Source of the DNA: an uncultured Chthonomonadaceae bacterium
GTDB taxonomy: Bacteria; Armatimonadota; Chthonomonadetes; Chthonomonadales; Chthonomonadaceae
Assembly (NCBI GenBank): GCA_963835065.1
Contig: CAWIEK010000044.1
Location: forward strand, 256,001-320,000
Direction: 5' to 3'
DNA: 64,000 bases
The translations under genes and the position numbers were made by a program. This document shows, in pieces, positions 1 to 9,839 of this stretch. Within the stretch, counting starts at the first letter, position 1; every line of letters starts with the position of its first letter. A model generated the notes under the pieces. It made no database searches and was not told the origin of the DNA. It was given only the letters and a program-made list of their open reading frames with translations.

Positions 1-234
1 GCTTTGCAGAACATTCGCGTGACGCGGGGGCAGTTGCGTACCACACAGGCGCAAACGCCCCTTCCCGGCCCGTTCGGATTGGGCGCAGGCAATCGGCAGA
101 GCGTGACGCTGACGTTCACCAGTACAAGCGCCATTGCGTCGGGCTACCAGCCGTTTGTGATGAGCGGCAGTTACCAGAGCGGCGCGGGCGCAAGCCTCAC
201 CTTCTCTTCCGGCCTCAACATCAACGTGCCGTAA
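1..234 (+). CDS. C-terminal fragment of a hypothetical beta-rich protein (runs in from the window edge)
   Basis: Open frame from the window start to TAA at 232-234; S/T/G-rich, Ig-like beta-strand pattern. Confidence 0.6.
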   Translation, partial: ALQNIRVTRGQLRTTQAQTPLPGPFGLGAGNRQSVTLTFTSTSAIASGYQPFVMSGSYQSGAGASLTFSSGLNINVP

Positions 235-457
235 CCGGGAGCGCGAGGCGCAAGTGTCTCGCGCCCGCGCGGAATTTCTGCCCGATGGTGCAACTTGCAT
301 GCAAGCGCGTCATCGGGACAGAAATCCGTGTCAAACTAATTCCATCCCAATGTTGGGAGCGTCAATGCAGTCCGTAGTACACAGTCGCCATTGCCCGAAT
401 AAAGCAGTTTCCTGTACAGAGTTGCTTGCAATAAATTTGCAATAGAAAGGAACGTCC

Positions 458-1075
458 GTGCGTACTCAATTCTCTGTGTGCCGATTCTCCCTCCCGCGCT
501 GTATCGCCTTCCTGTTTGTGCTGTGCCTGTTGTCGGCGCAGGACAGGCCGGCCCGCGCGCAAGCCGTTGATATCAGCGTAATGTTTACTCCCAATACCAT
601 GATGGCAATGCAGGGCGATACCGTCAACTACACCGCCATGCTGACCAACAGAACTGCCATGGATCTGCTCATCAACGGAGCCACGTTCAACTCAACGGAC
701 TCCAACTTTTTCACCACTTACGGCAATTTCGGCTTTTTCAACGGCACCGGCATGGGAGACGGCTCCTTCACACTGGCCGCCATGTCAAGCATGACCTACA
801 CAGATGTAGTTTCCCTTGCTCTCAGTCCCACTGTTCCCGCAGGAGGCTACGATATTGATGCCACCTTCAGCGGGCACAATGTCGGCGGAAGCGGGGATCG
901 CGATCTAGGCACCGGAACGCTGCATGTTGATGTGGCGGCAGCGGGATCGCCCACGCCGGAATTCGGGTCGGTGTGGTCGCTGGGCGGGCTGCTGCTGGCA
1001 GGCGGCATGGGCGCATGGTGGCAACTGCGCCGCCGCGCCCCGATAGTTGCCCGCGAATCTTCCCTTGCTTCCTGA
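458..1075 (+). CDS. PEP-CTERM-type sorting-signal protein (PEF variant)
   Basis: N-terminal signal peptide ending ARAQA; C-terminal TPEFGS, a hydrophobic helix and RRR; lies directly upstream of an exosortase. Confidence 0.85.
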   Translation: MRTQFSVCRFSLPRCIAFLFVLCLLSAQDRPARAQAVDISVMFTPNTMMAMQGDTVNYTAMLTNRTAMDLLINGATFNSTDSNFFTTYGNFGFFNGTGMGDGSFTLAAMSSMTYTDVVSLALSPTVPAGGYDIDATFSGHNVGGSGDRDLGTGTLHVDVAAAGSPTPEFGSVWSLGGLLLAGGMGAWWQLRRRAPIVARESSLAS

Positions 1076-1101
1076 TACTTCCCTGACGCGAGGCGACCTC
1101 T

Positions 1102-2010
1102 ATGGACGAGCGCAGCGAAATGAATCGCTTTACTGGAGGAACTGGGGCCAATTGCCCGCCTGCGCAAACGCCGCGCCTGGCTGCGATAGACTGGCTGTTC
1201 GGCGCGTTGCTGCTGGCCCTTTACGCGCCCGTCGTGGCGCAAACAGCAAGGCGCTGGTTCATGGCCGAGCAGTACGCGCACGGCGTCTTTATCTTTCCCC
1301 TCGTTTGCTGGCTGCTGTGGGTCAAGCGCGAGGCCATCCGCGACGCGCCCCGGCAGCCAAGCGCGTGGGGGTTAGCGCCGCTTGCGTTCGGCCTGTCGGC
1401 GCAGGCAGTCAGCCATGCGCTCAAGATCGAGTTTCTGGGAATGTTGTCGCTGCTTCCCACCCTTGCCGGCGGTATTCTGATTTTGCACGGTCCGGCCTTA
1501 TGGCGCATTGTCCGCTTTCCCGTCCTGTTCCTGGGCTTTGCCGCCAATCTGCCCGCTCCGGTTCTGAATGGCCTGAGCCATGCCGTGCAAAGCGCAAGCG
1601 CCACAAGCGCGGCAGGCATCACGAAGGCATTGGGCTTTGTCATCGCGCGGCAGGGCAATGTGCTGCATGTGCCCGGCATGACGCTGGAAGTGGCGGAGGT
1701 GTGCAGCGGCTTTCGCAAGCTGACCGCCCTGATCGTGTTCGCCACGCTGTACGGGTATCTGTATCCCATCCGCAATCTGCGCCGCGCAAGCCTGGTTCTG
1801 CTGGTTCTGCCGATTGCGCTGTTCGCCAACATCGCCCGCCTGTGCGTCCTGATTGCCGCCGCGACCTGGGGCGGAGCGCGGTGGGAACAGGGACTGCACG
1901 ACCCTGCGGAGTTGGCCGTCCTCGTAGTTTCGTTCGGGCTGATGGCAGCGATAGGAAGGAGACTGGGATGCGTTCGCCCCCGCTTTGCGCGCGACTGGGC
2001 TTGTTCCTGA
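1102..2010 (+). CDS. Exosortase (EpsH/Xrt family)
   Basis: Multi-TM protein with YAHG, VAEVCSG (Cys), ANIAR (Arg) and LHD (His), the exosortase catalytic triad motifs. Confidence 0.92.
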   Translation: MDERSEMNRFTGGTGANCPPAQTPRLAAIDWLFGALLLALYAPVVAQTARRWFMAEQYAHGVFIFPLVCWLLWVKREAIRDAPRQPSAWGLAPLAFGLSAQAVSHALKIEFLGMLSLLPTLAGGILILHGPALWRIVRFPVLFLGFAANLPAPVLNGLSHAVQSASATSAAGITKALGFVIARQGNVLHVPGMTLEVAEVCSGFRKLTALIVFATLYGYLYPIRNLRRASLVLLVLPIALFANIARLCVLIAAATWGGARWEQGLHDPAELAVLVVSFGLMAAIGRRLGCVRPRFARDWACS

Positions 2011-2660
2011 TGCTGCTGGCTCTGGCCGCCAATCTGCTCACGCCCACGGGCGCGGCGCGGCGTCTGCCCCGCCCGGACGCCAGCCTGTTTCCGCGTGTAA
2101 TCGGGGAATGGCAGGGCGGCGTTGATCTTCCCATACCCGAACTTACGCGCCAATCGCTGCCGACAGCCACTCTCATTGACCGCATTTACGCCAATGCGCA
2201 GGGCGACGCCATTGAGTTAACGCTGGTTTCGGCGGAACGCGCTGAGGATGCCCATGACCCGGAAGCCTGCCTGCCCGGATGGGGCTGGACGCTGGAAAAT
2301 GCTCATTCCCTGACGCTCGACGGACAGGCGATGCGTTCGGCAACCGCGCATCAGAACGGGCAGGCGCTCCACGCGCTTTTCTGGTGGGACACGCCGGACG
2401 CTCCGGCTTCGCGGTGGCTCTCCCAACTGCAAAGATTTCGGATCGAAACGCAGGGACGCGGCACGATTCTGGTACGCCTGACCACGCCCGCCACGCCCCA
2501 CAGCGAAGCGACCCTGAACGCTTTTGCCCGCCAGCTTTTGCCCGCGCTTTCCGCCTGGAAGCAGGCAGAGGCGAGAAAAGAAGCAGAGAAGACAAGGGAG
2601 GGAACAGGGAACAGGGAACAGCAGGAGAGGATTCATCCTTACCCAACACCTGACACCTGA
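1968..2660 (+). CDS. Exosortase-associated EpsI family protein
   Basis: ATG at 1968 after AGGAAGGAG; N-terminal TM segment; RIYAN and AHDPEACLPGWGW motifs typical of EpsI. C-terminus encoded by tandem repeats. Confidence 0.8.
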   Translation: MRSPPLCARLGLFLMLLALAANLLTPTGAARRLPRPDASLFPRVIGEWQGGVDLPIPELTRQSLPTATLIDRIYANAQGDAIELTLVSAERAEDAHDPEACLPGWGWTLENAHSLTLDGQAMRSATAHQNGQALHALFWWDTPDAPASRWLSQLQRFRIETQGRGTILVRLTTPATPHSEATLNAFARQLLPALSAWKQAEARKEAEKTREGTGNREQQERIHPYPTPDT

Positions 2661-2697
2661 CACCTGACACCCTTCTAATTTGGAAACGGAACTGATT

Positions 2698-3828
2698 ATG
2701 TCCTTTGATGCAAATAATGAAGACACGCCTGCTGCCGATGCTTTCCCTGCCGCGCCCGATGCTGTAAATGCGACGGATGTGTTGAGTGAACATCTTCAAA
2801 AGCCGCGCCGACGCTTCAAATCCTCACGAAACGCGCCGCGCAAAACCATGAATGTTCGCATCCCTGCCTGGCTGACGGCTGTGTGCGCGTTCGTGTTGGG
2901 AGCGACGCTCGGCGTTCTGGTAATGCGGCAGCGCCATGCAGCAGACAAGGTTGTCGTGACGGTCAATTCGGAAACCATTGGCGCGCAGGACTTTTACGCC
3001 CGTCTGGAAGCCGTCGCCGGTCCGCAAGTGCTGCGGCAGATGGTGGCGGAGTCCCTGACGCGCCAGTACGCGCAGGAGCGGCATCTCCTGCCCACGCCCG
3101 CCGAAATCCAGTCCAAAGCCGAACAAATCAGCGCGCAGGCCGCGTTCGCTTCCGCCGCGCCGTTGGCTTCTGCCGCGCCGCGCCCGCCTACTCCTGACGA
3201 AGCGCGGCAGATGGCGCAGGCGCAAAGCCTGCAAGAGAAGCTGGTGGCGCAAGGCGTTGACGTGACCGATGCCGAAGCGCATGCGTATTACCGCGAACAG
3301 ACCGACCCTCACAACCCCACTGCCCGCTTCCTGCGCCCCGAAGCGGTTCGTATGGCGGTGATTGTCACCCCCTCGGAAGCGCAGGCGCGGCAGGCCGAAA
3401 ACGCGCTGTGCAAGGGAACGCCCTTTGTTGAGGTGGCAAAAACCTACAGCAAGGATCGGAGCGCGTCACGGGGTGGCGAAATGCCGCCCATCCTGCGCGG
3501 GCGCACCCTTGCGCGACAGGTGCGCGGCCTGGAAGACGTGATTTTCGGCCTGCAGCCGGGCGAAACCACGCGCCCGCAGAAGCTGATGGGCGCGTGGTGG
3601 ATCATGCGCTGCGAGGAGAAAACGCCGGCGCAAACCCTGCCGTTCGCGCAGGTGCAGGCGCAATGCCGCCGGGAAGCGCGGCTTGTCAAGGCGCAGCGGG
3701 CGCAGGGAACACAGGTGGAAGCGGATTTTGAAAAGTATTGCCGCAGCGTTTCCGTGCAGGTGTTCTGGCAGCGCTATGCCGCCACCGTTCTCAATCAGGA
3801 ACACAAACTCACGCCCGGCAAACTCTGA
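2698..3828 (+). CDS. PpiC/parvulin-type peptidyl-prolyl isomerase (PrsA/SurA-like)
   Basis: TM anchor, SurA-like N-terminal part (VVTVNSETI), rotamase motif FVEVAKTYSKD...RGGEM, FGLQPGE. Confidence 0.82.
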   Translation: MSFDANNEDTPAADAFPAAPDAVNATDVLSEHLQKPRRRFKSSRNAPRKTMNVRIPAWLTAVCAFVLGATLGVLVMRQRHAADKVVVTVNSETIGAQDFYARLEAVAGPQVLRQMVAESLTRQYAQERHLLPTPAEIQSKAEQISAQAAFASAAPLASAAPRPPTPDEARQMAQAQSLQEKLVAQGVDVTDAEAHAYYREQTDPHNPTARFLRPEAVRMAVIVTPSEAQARQAENALCKGTPFVEVAKTYSKDRSASRGGEMPPILRGRTLARQVRGLEDVIFGLQPGETTRPQKLMGAWWIMRCEEKTPAQTLPFAQVQAQCRREARLVKAQRAQGTQVEADFEKYCRSVSVQVFWQRYAATVLNQEHKLTPGKL

Positions 3829-4041
3829 AAAGTTGATAGTTGATAGAGATACAAGACGGATAGCCACTGATGGGAATGGAAGCAGGCTTTCTCCATACCC
3901 ATCGGCGTCTATCCGTTTCATCCGTTTAATCTGTGGTAAATCCTTGTTGCGAACCATTCCGAATTCGCGGCTTGTCAGGCAGTGGCAAACTGTGTTACAC
4001 TTGCAAAGCGAAAATACATTACCAGATTCGGGAGAAACACG

Positions 4042-4662
4042 ATGGCAAACACCTTATTTCCGTTGTCGGACAGCGGCGGGCCGTGGGAACCCACGCCCAA
4101 CCGCAAGCGCTGGACGCGCAAAGAGTGCGCGTTTCTGGAACAAAACGGCCTGCTGACCGAACGCTACGAGTTGATTAACGGGGAGATCATCTTCAAAATG
4201 CCGCAGAATCCACCACACGCGCTCACGGTTATGTTGATCACCACCTGGATTATACGGGTGTTTGGCGAGATGTACGCGCGCTGCCAACTGGCTATTGATG
4301 TGGACGCGGTTGATCCTGAATTCAACAATCCTGAACCGGACGGCGTCGCGCTTTCGCAGCCCATTACCGCGTTTGCCGCCCACCACCCCGGCCCTGCCGA
4401 TATTTTGCTGCTGGTAGAAGTGTCGGACACGACGCTGCGCTTCGACCTGCGCAACAAAGCCCTGCTGTATGCCCGCGCCGGTGTTGAGGACTACTGGGTG
4501 GCCGATATTGTGGGCAGGCGTCTTGTCGTACACCGCAACCCGACTCCTGCCGGCTATGCGGAAGTGACGGAGTACGGCGAGAATGAAACCGTCGCGCCGC
4601 TTGCCCGTCCTGACGCGGTTGTACTCGTTTCTCAACTGCTGCCGCCCGTGCAATCTTCATAG
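4042..4662 (+). CDS. Uma2 family (DUF820) endonuclease-like protein
   Basis: RYELINGEI, PEPDG, LLVEVSDTT, K..LYARAGV.DYWV motifs. Confidence 0.9.
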   Translation: MANTLFPLSDSGGPWEPTPNRKRWTRKECAFLEQNGLLTERYELINGEIIFKMPQNPPHALTVMLITTWIIRVFGEMYARCQLAIDVDAVDPEFNNPEPDGVALSQPITAFAAHHPGPADILLLVEVSDTTLRFDLRNKALLYARAGVEDYWVADIVGRRLVVHRNPTPAGYAEVTEYGENETVAPLARPDAVVLVSQLLPPVQSS

Positions 4663-4726
4663 AACCGCGAAACACGCGAAACAAACGAAAACAAAACCGA
4701 AACAACAAAGAAGACAAAAGAAAACT

Positions 4727-6560
4727 ATGATGGCTATGCGCGGACCGGTTCCGACCGGGCCTAAAAAACCGATTAAGAAGGAAACACTGGGGCGCGTGAT
4801 GCGGACGTTTCGCCCGTACAAGCCGCAGGTGGCATGGATTGTCGTGGCGGTGCTGATTTCCGCGACATTGGGACTGCTGCCGCCGTTTCTGCTGCAAAGA
4901 ATCATTAATGACGGCCTGCTCGCCCGGCGTCTGGATTTGATCGCGCGCTATACCTTAATAACGCTTGGAGCGACACTGGCGGGAACGGGTTTTGCGCTCG
5001 GCTACGGGTACTTGAGTATCCTCGTCGGACAGCGAATTATGCGTGACCTGCGCAACCAGTTGTATGACCATTTGCAGGGCATGTCGCTGCGGTTTTTCAC
5101 GGGAACGCGCACGGGCGAAATCCAGTCCCGGCTTGCGAATGATGTAGGCGGCGTCCAATCGGTTGTCAGCGACACCGCCGCGAATGTGCTTTCCAACCTG
5201 ACAACCGTGCTTTCCACGCTTGTCGCCATGATTACGATGGACTGGCGCTTGACATTGCTTTCCGTTGGGCATACTGCCCATTTTCGCGTTTATCGCCGCC
5301 AAAGTGGGGGATTACTCGCGGGGTATTCGGGGCAAAACACAGGCGCAATTGGCGGAACTCAACGCCACGATGCAGGAAACGCTTTCCGTGTCGGGCATCC
5401 TGCTGACGAAAATCAGCGCGCGGCAGCGCCTGTCGCTGGAAAACTTCTCGCGCGAAAACACCGCCCTGACGGAACTGCAAATCAAGCAGGCGATGGTGAT
5501 GCGCTACTTCTTCAACCTCATCGGCCTGACGTTTTCCATTACGCCCGTGCTTGTCTACTGGCTGGCCGGCTATCTTACCGTCGCGCATCACGACCCGCGT
5601 CTCAACATCGGAACCATTGTCGCGTTTACTGCGCTGCAAGCCCGTTTGTTCTTCCCGCTCACGGGACTGCTTAATGTGCAGGTGGAAGTAACGAGCGCAA
5701 TGGCCCTGTTCGACCGCATTTTCGAGTATATGGACGTGCCGCAGGACATTCAGGACGCGCCGGACGCGGTTGCCATTGACCCCAAAGATGTTCGGGGCGA
5801 CGTGGCGTTTGAAAATGTCGGGTTCCGGTATGAGAAGGAGCAGGCCGAGCCGACATTGACGGACGTAGCGTTTACCGCGCGTTCGGGGGAATTGATCGCG
5901 CTTGTCGGCACATCCGGCGCGGGCAAAACCACGCTCACGTATCTCATTCCGCGCCTGTACGATGTGGAATCGGGCCGCGTGACGATTGACGGGCATGATG
6001 TGCGCAAAATCAAACTGGAATCGTTGAGCCGGATTGTCGGCATGGTGACGCAGGAAACGTATCTGGTTCACGACACCATTGCCGCCAACCTCCGCTATGG
6101 CCGCCCGGAAGCGACGGATGCCGAATTAGAAGCCGCTTCCCGCGCCGCCGCTATTCACGACCACATTGCCGGTTTGCCGGAAGGGTACAATACGGTTGTC
6201 GGCGAACGCGGCTACAAACTGTCCGGCGGCGAAAAACAGCGTATCGCCATTGCCCGCGCCATCTTAAAGAACCCCCGCATTTTAATTCTGGACGAAGCCA
6301 CAAGCGCCCTCGACACCCAATCCGAGCGCCTCATTCAATCCGCCCTCGAACCGCTGATGGCCGGACGCACCACGTTTGCCATCGCGCACCGCCTGTCCAC
6401 CATCCTCGCCGCCGACCTGATTTTAGTCATGGAACACGGCCAGATCGTAGAGCGCGGAACCCACCACGAACTGCTGTCCCAAAACGGCGCGTACTCCCGC
6501 CTCTACGCCGCCCAATTCCAAAACCTGCCGGAAGAAGCCGTCGTGTCTGTTTTGTCGTAA
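4727..6560 (+). CDS. ABC exporter, fused permease/ATP-binding (MdlB-like); one frameshift near 5268
   Basis: TMD split over two overlapping ORFs; Walker A GTSGAGKT, LSGGEKQR signature, ILDEATSALD, AHRLS. An extra G in GTTGGGCAT breaks the frame. Confidence 0.88.
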
Positions 6561-7049
6561 AGGTCCGTTCATCTATCCTTTTCCGAACCACAAGCAAAGG
6601 ATGAAGGATGAAGGATGAGAGTATGTAAAAAAGGATATGTAGAGGCATCGTCGAAATCTTGGCAATACAGCGCTTCCAGCCCGATGTCTCGTTGTGTCAA
6701 GTTGTAGGAGAGAGGCGTCGTGACCTCGTAAGCGTCAGGGCGAACGGGAGGGGTGAAACATAGGACTGGCACCTCCCTTCCTGTGTCTAACATTTTAATG
6801 TAGACGTTATTCTACTTTTTAGACGACTGTATCGGGCAAAGGGTTCGCCTTTTTTCGCGCTATTTGGCACTTTTTTCTGTTCCTTAAAGCTTTTACCACT
6901 TGGCCGGGGCTTTGCAATCCCCGGCAGGAAAGTACAAGCGTCCTACAGACGCAAATGCCGCGCCTATTGGGATAGGCTTTAAGAGGAGTCGGCACGACAG
7001 AGCGCGAATTAACCTCCATGCGGTATAAGCAAGGGTTTTTGCGAAATGG

Positions 7050-9690
7050 ATGAACACGCGCATGGATTTCCCGACCGGCATCGTCACGCTGGCTTTTACG
7101 GATATAGAAAACTCCTCGGATTTGTCGGAGCGGTTGCGGGCTGCTTTTGAGCCGACGCGGGAAGCGCATTTTCGCCTGCTGCGCGAAAGCGTGGCGCGCT
7201 GGAACGGGCAGGAAGTCGGCACGGCGGGCGACTCGCTGTTTGTCGTCTTCGCCCTCGCTTCCGACGCGGCGCAATGGGCGATGGATGCGCAAAAGGAGTT
7301 GCTGGCGTTTGTCTGGCCGGGGGAAGTCGGCGCGCTCAAGATACGAATTGGACTGCATACGGGCGAACCCTATTTCCGCCCCGATGTGGGCAGGCCGGAT
7401 TACTTCGGTCCCGCCGTGAACCGCGCGGCAAGGGTGATGAGCGCGGCGCATGGCGGGCAAATTCTGGTGTCCGATACGACCCGCGCGCTTGCCCGTCCCG
7501 GCCTGCCGACTGCTATAACGTTTCGGGACATGGGAACGCACCGCTTGAAGGGTGTGGGCGAAGAGCGCTTGTGGCAGGTGACAGCCCTCGGCCTGCCTTC
7601 CGAATTTCCGCCCCTCCACACGCTGGACCCGACCCGCCATAACCTGCCACCCGCGCCAACCCCGTTCATCGGGCGCGAAAAGGAGATCGCCGATTGGCTG
7701 ACGCGGCTGACAGGGGAAGCGCAAGTTCTCCCGGCTTCGGAAGCCGCCCCTGTCCTGCCCCGAACGCGGCTGCTGACCCTAACCGGATTTGGCGGCATGG
7801 GCAAAACCCGCGCCGCGCTGCAACTTGCCGAATTGTGCGTGGAACGTTTCGCGCAGGGCGTTTGTTGGATTGAGTTGGAAGACGCGCATACGCCGGATGA
7901 GCTTTATTTGAAGATCGCGCAGCCGCTGCGCTTCGACATCCAAACCAACAGCCCCCTGCGCGAACAGGTGTTTGCGTTTTTGCGCGAACGGGAAATGCTG
8001 CTGGTTTTGGACAACAGCGAACAGGTACACGGCATGGGCGCGTTTGTCAACGACCTGCTCAAAGCCGCGCCGAAAACGTCGCTGCTGGTCACGTCGCGCC
8101 GCGCATTGGAAGTGCGGGCGGAAACGGTTGTGGAACTGCGCCCGCTTCCCATCGGGGACGCCGAACGCCTGTTTGCCGACCGCGCCCGCGCCTGCCGCGA
8201 CGATTTTGCCCTGACGCCCGAAAACAGGGAGGATGTGACCGCCCTTTGTCGCGGATTGGAGGGCGTTCCGCTTGCCCTCGAACTCGCCGCCGCGCGCATT
8301 ACCGGCATGACGCCCCGGCAAATGCTGCCGCGCTTGCAGGAGCGGTTTCGGCTGCTCCAATCTCGTTCGCCCGATCTGCCGCCGCGTCAGCGCGCCCTTC
8401 ACGGCGCTATTGACTGGTCGTATGATCTGCTGGCGCAGGACGAGCGGGACGTGTTCGCGCAATTGGCGGTGTTCGCGGGCGGGTTTGCCCTCGAAGATGC
8501 CGAAACCGTGTGCGAAGGCGCTGACGTATTTGAAAGCATAATGGAACTGCGGCGTCATTCCTTCTTCGGCATGGAAACGGACGCGCAAACGCAGCAGGAT
8601 CGGTTCGTGATGCTGGAAAGCCTGCGGGCGTATGCTCTTGAGCGGCTTGGCGAGCGGGCGGATGGGGAAGCGGCGCGGCAGCGCCATGCGGAACTACTTT
8701 GCCCGGTTCGGAAGCGAGCGGATGGCGCAGTTCCGGCAGGCGGGGGAAGCGGATGCCCTGCGGGAATTGACGCGCAATCTTGCCAACCTGCGAAGCGGGC
8801 AGGAATGGGCGCGAAGTGCAGGGCGGCCTGGGCTGTATGCCCAACTTGCCCTCACGGTGGGCGTGACGCTGGCGCGGAGCGGGTATCGCGCGCAGGCCGT
8901 CGCGCCGGTACAGGCGGGATTGGACGCGCTGCGAACGACGGCGGACGCGCCTTCGGATTTGCTGTTGGAATTGCTGTTGGAGCGGGCGGGCCTGCATCTG
9001 GAACTGAATGAGCAGCCCGAAGCGCGGGAACTGGCACAGCAGGCGCACCGTCGGACAGAGGCCGTTGGCAATGTTCGGGGTGTGGGATGGGCGGAAAACC
9101 TGTTGGGGCGCGCGGCGTATGCGGAAAAAGATTTCGACGGGGCGCGGCAACACTACGCGAATGCGCTGCAAATGGCGGCAGACGGGCAGTACCCTGTTCT
9201 GGAAGGTATCGTCCGCAACAATCTCGCCCTTGTGGAGCGGCGCGACCCCAACGGCAATCGGGAACAGGCCGCGCAGCATTTGCAGCAGGCATTGACTCTG
9301 CGCCGCGCGCAGCAGGACCGGAGAGGACAGGCGGAAACGCTCACGAATCTGGGCATTTTGGCTTACGAGCGAAAAGATTGGGACGCGGCCTGGAATTTTT
9401 ATGCCCAATCGCTGGAACTGGAACGTGGGTTGGGACACGTTTTCGGCGTGGCGACCACGCTTTCCGATATGGGCGAAGTAGCCTCTGAACAGGGCGAACC
9501 GGAACGCGCCTGTCGCCTGTTTGCCGTGTCAGAACACCTGCTGCTCGACCTGAACTCGCACCTGTCGCCGTCCGTGTCCGAATATCTGGCGCAGTCTGCC
9601 ATCCGGTGTTCCTGCGAACAGGAACACTTTCAGCGGGATATTCGCGGCCTGTCCTTCGCGCAAATGCTGTCTTACGCCCTCGCCGTATGA
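7050..9690 (+). CDS. Class III nucleotidyl cyclase-NB-ARC (STAND)-TPR protein; one frameshift near 8695
   Basis: FTDIENS, AGDS, RIGLHTG and VNRAAR (cyclase); GFGGMGKT Walker A, LVLDNSE, LEGVPLALELAAAR; TPRs continue in ORF 8632-9690. Confidence 0.88.
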
Positions 9691-9839
9691 CGTGTTTCAC
9701 AGCCTCGCGGCGGCGGATGGGCTATACTGAAATGGGGGTATCGGGTGTTCGGTATTCGGCTGATGTTGGATGCCTGTATTTCTGGTTTCCGTCGGGAGGC
9801 ATCTGGAAAGCGGCGTGGTTCCGACAGGGAGAAATGTGG

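Noticed and set aside
290..450. Sigma54 promoter upstream of the PEP-CTERM-type gene
   Set aside because: Several TTGC boxes occur, but none has the invariant GG at the correct -24 spacing.
1047..1967. N-terminal extension of the 537-aa ORF 1047-2660
   Set aside because: It overlaps the exosortase in another frame; only the part from ATG 1968 (EpsI) is protein-like.
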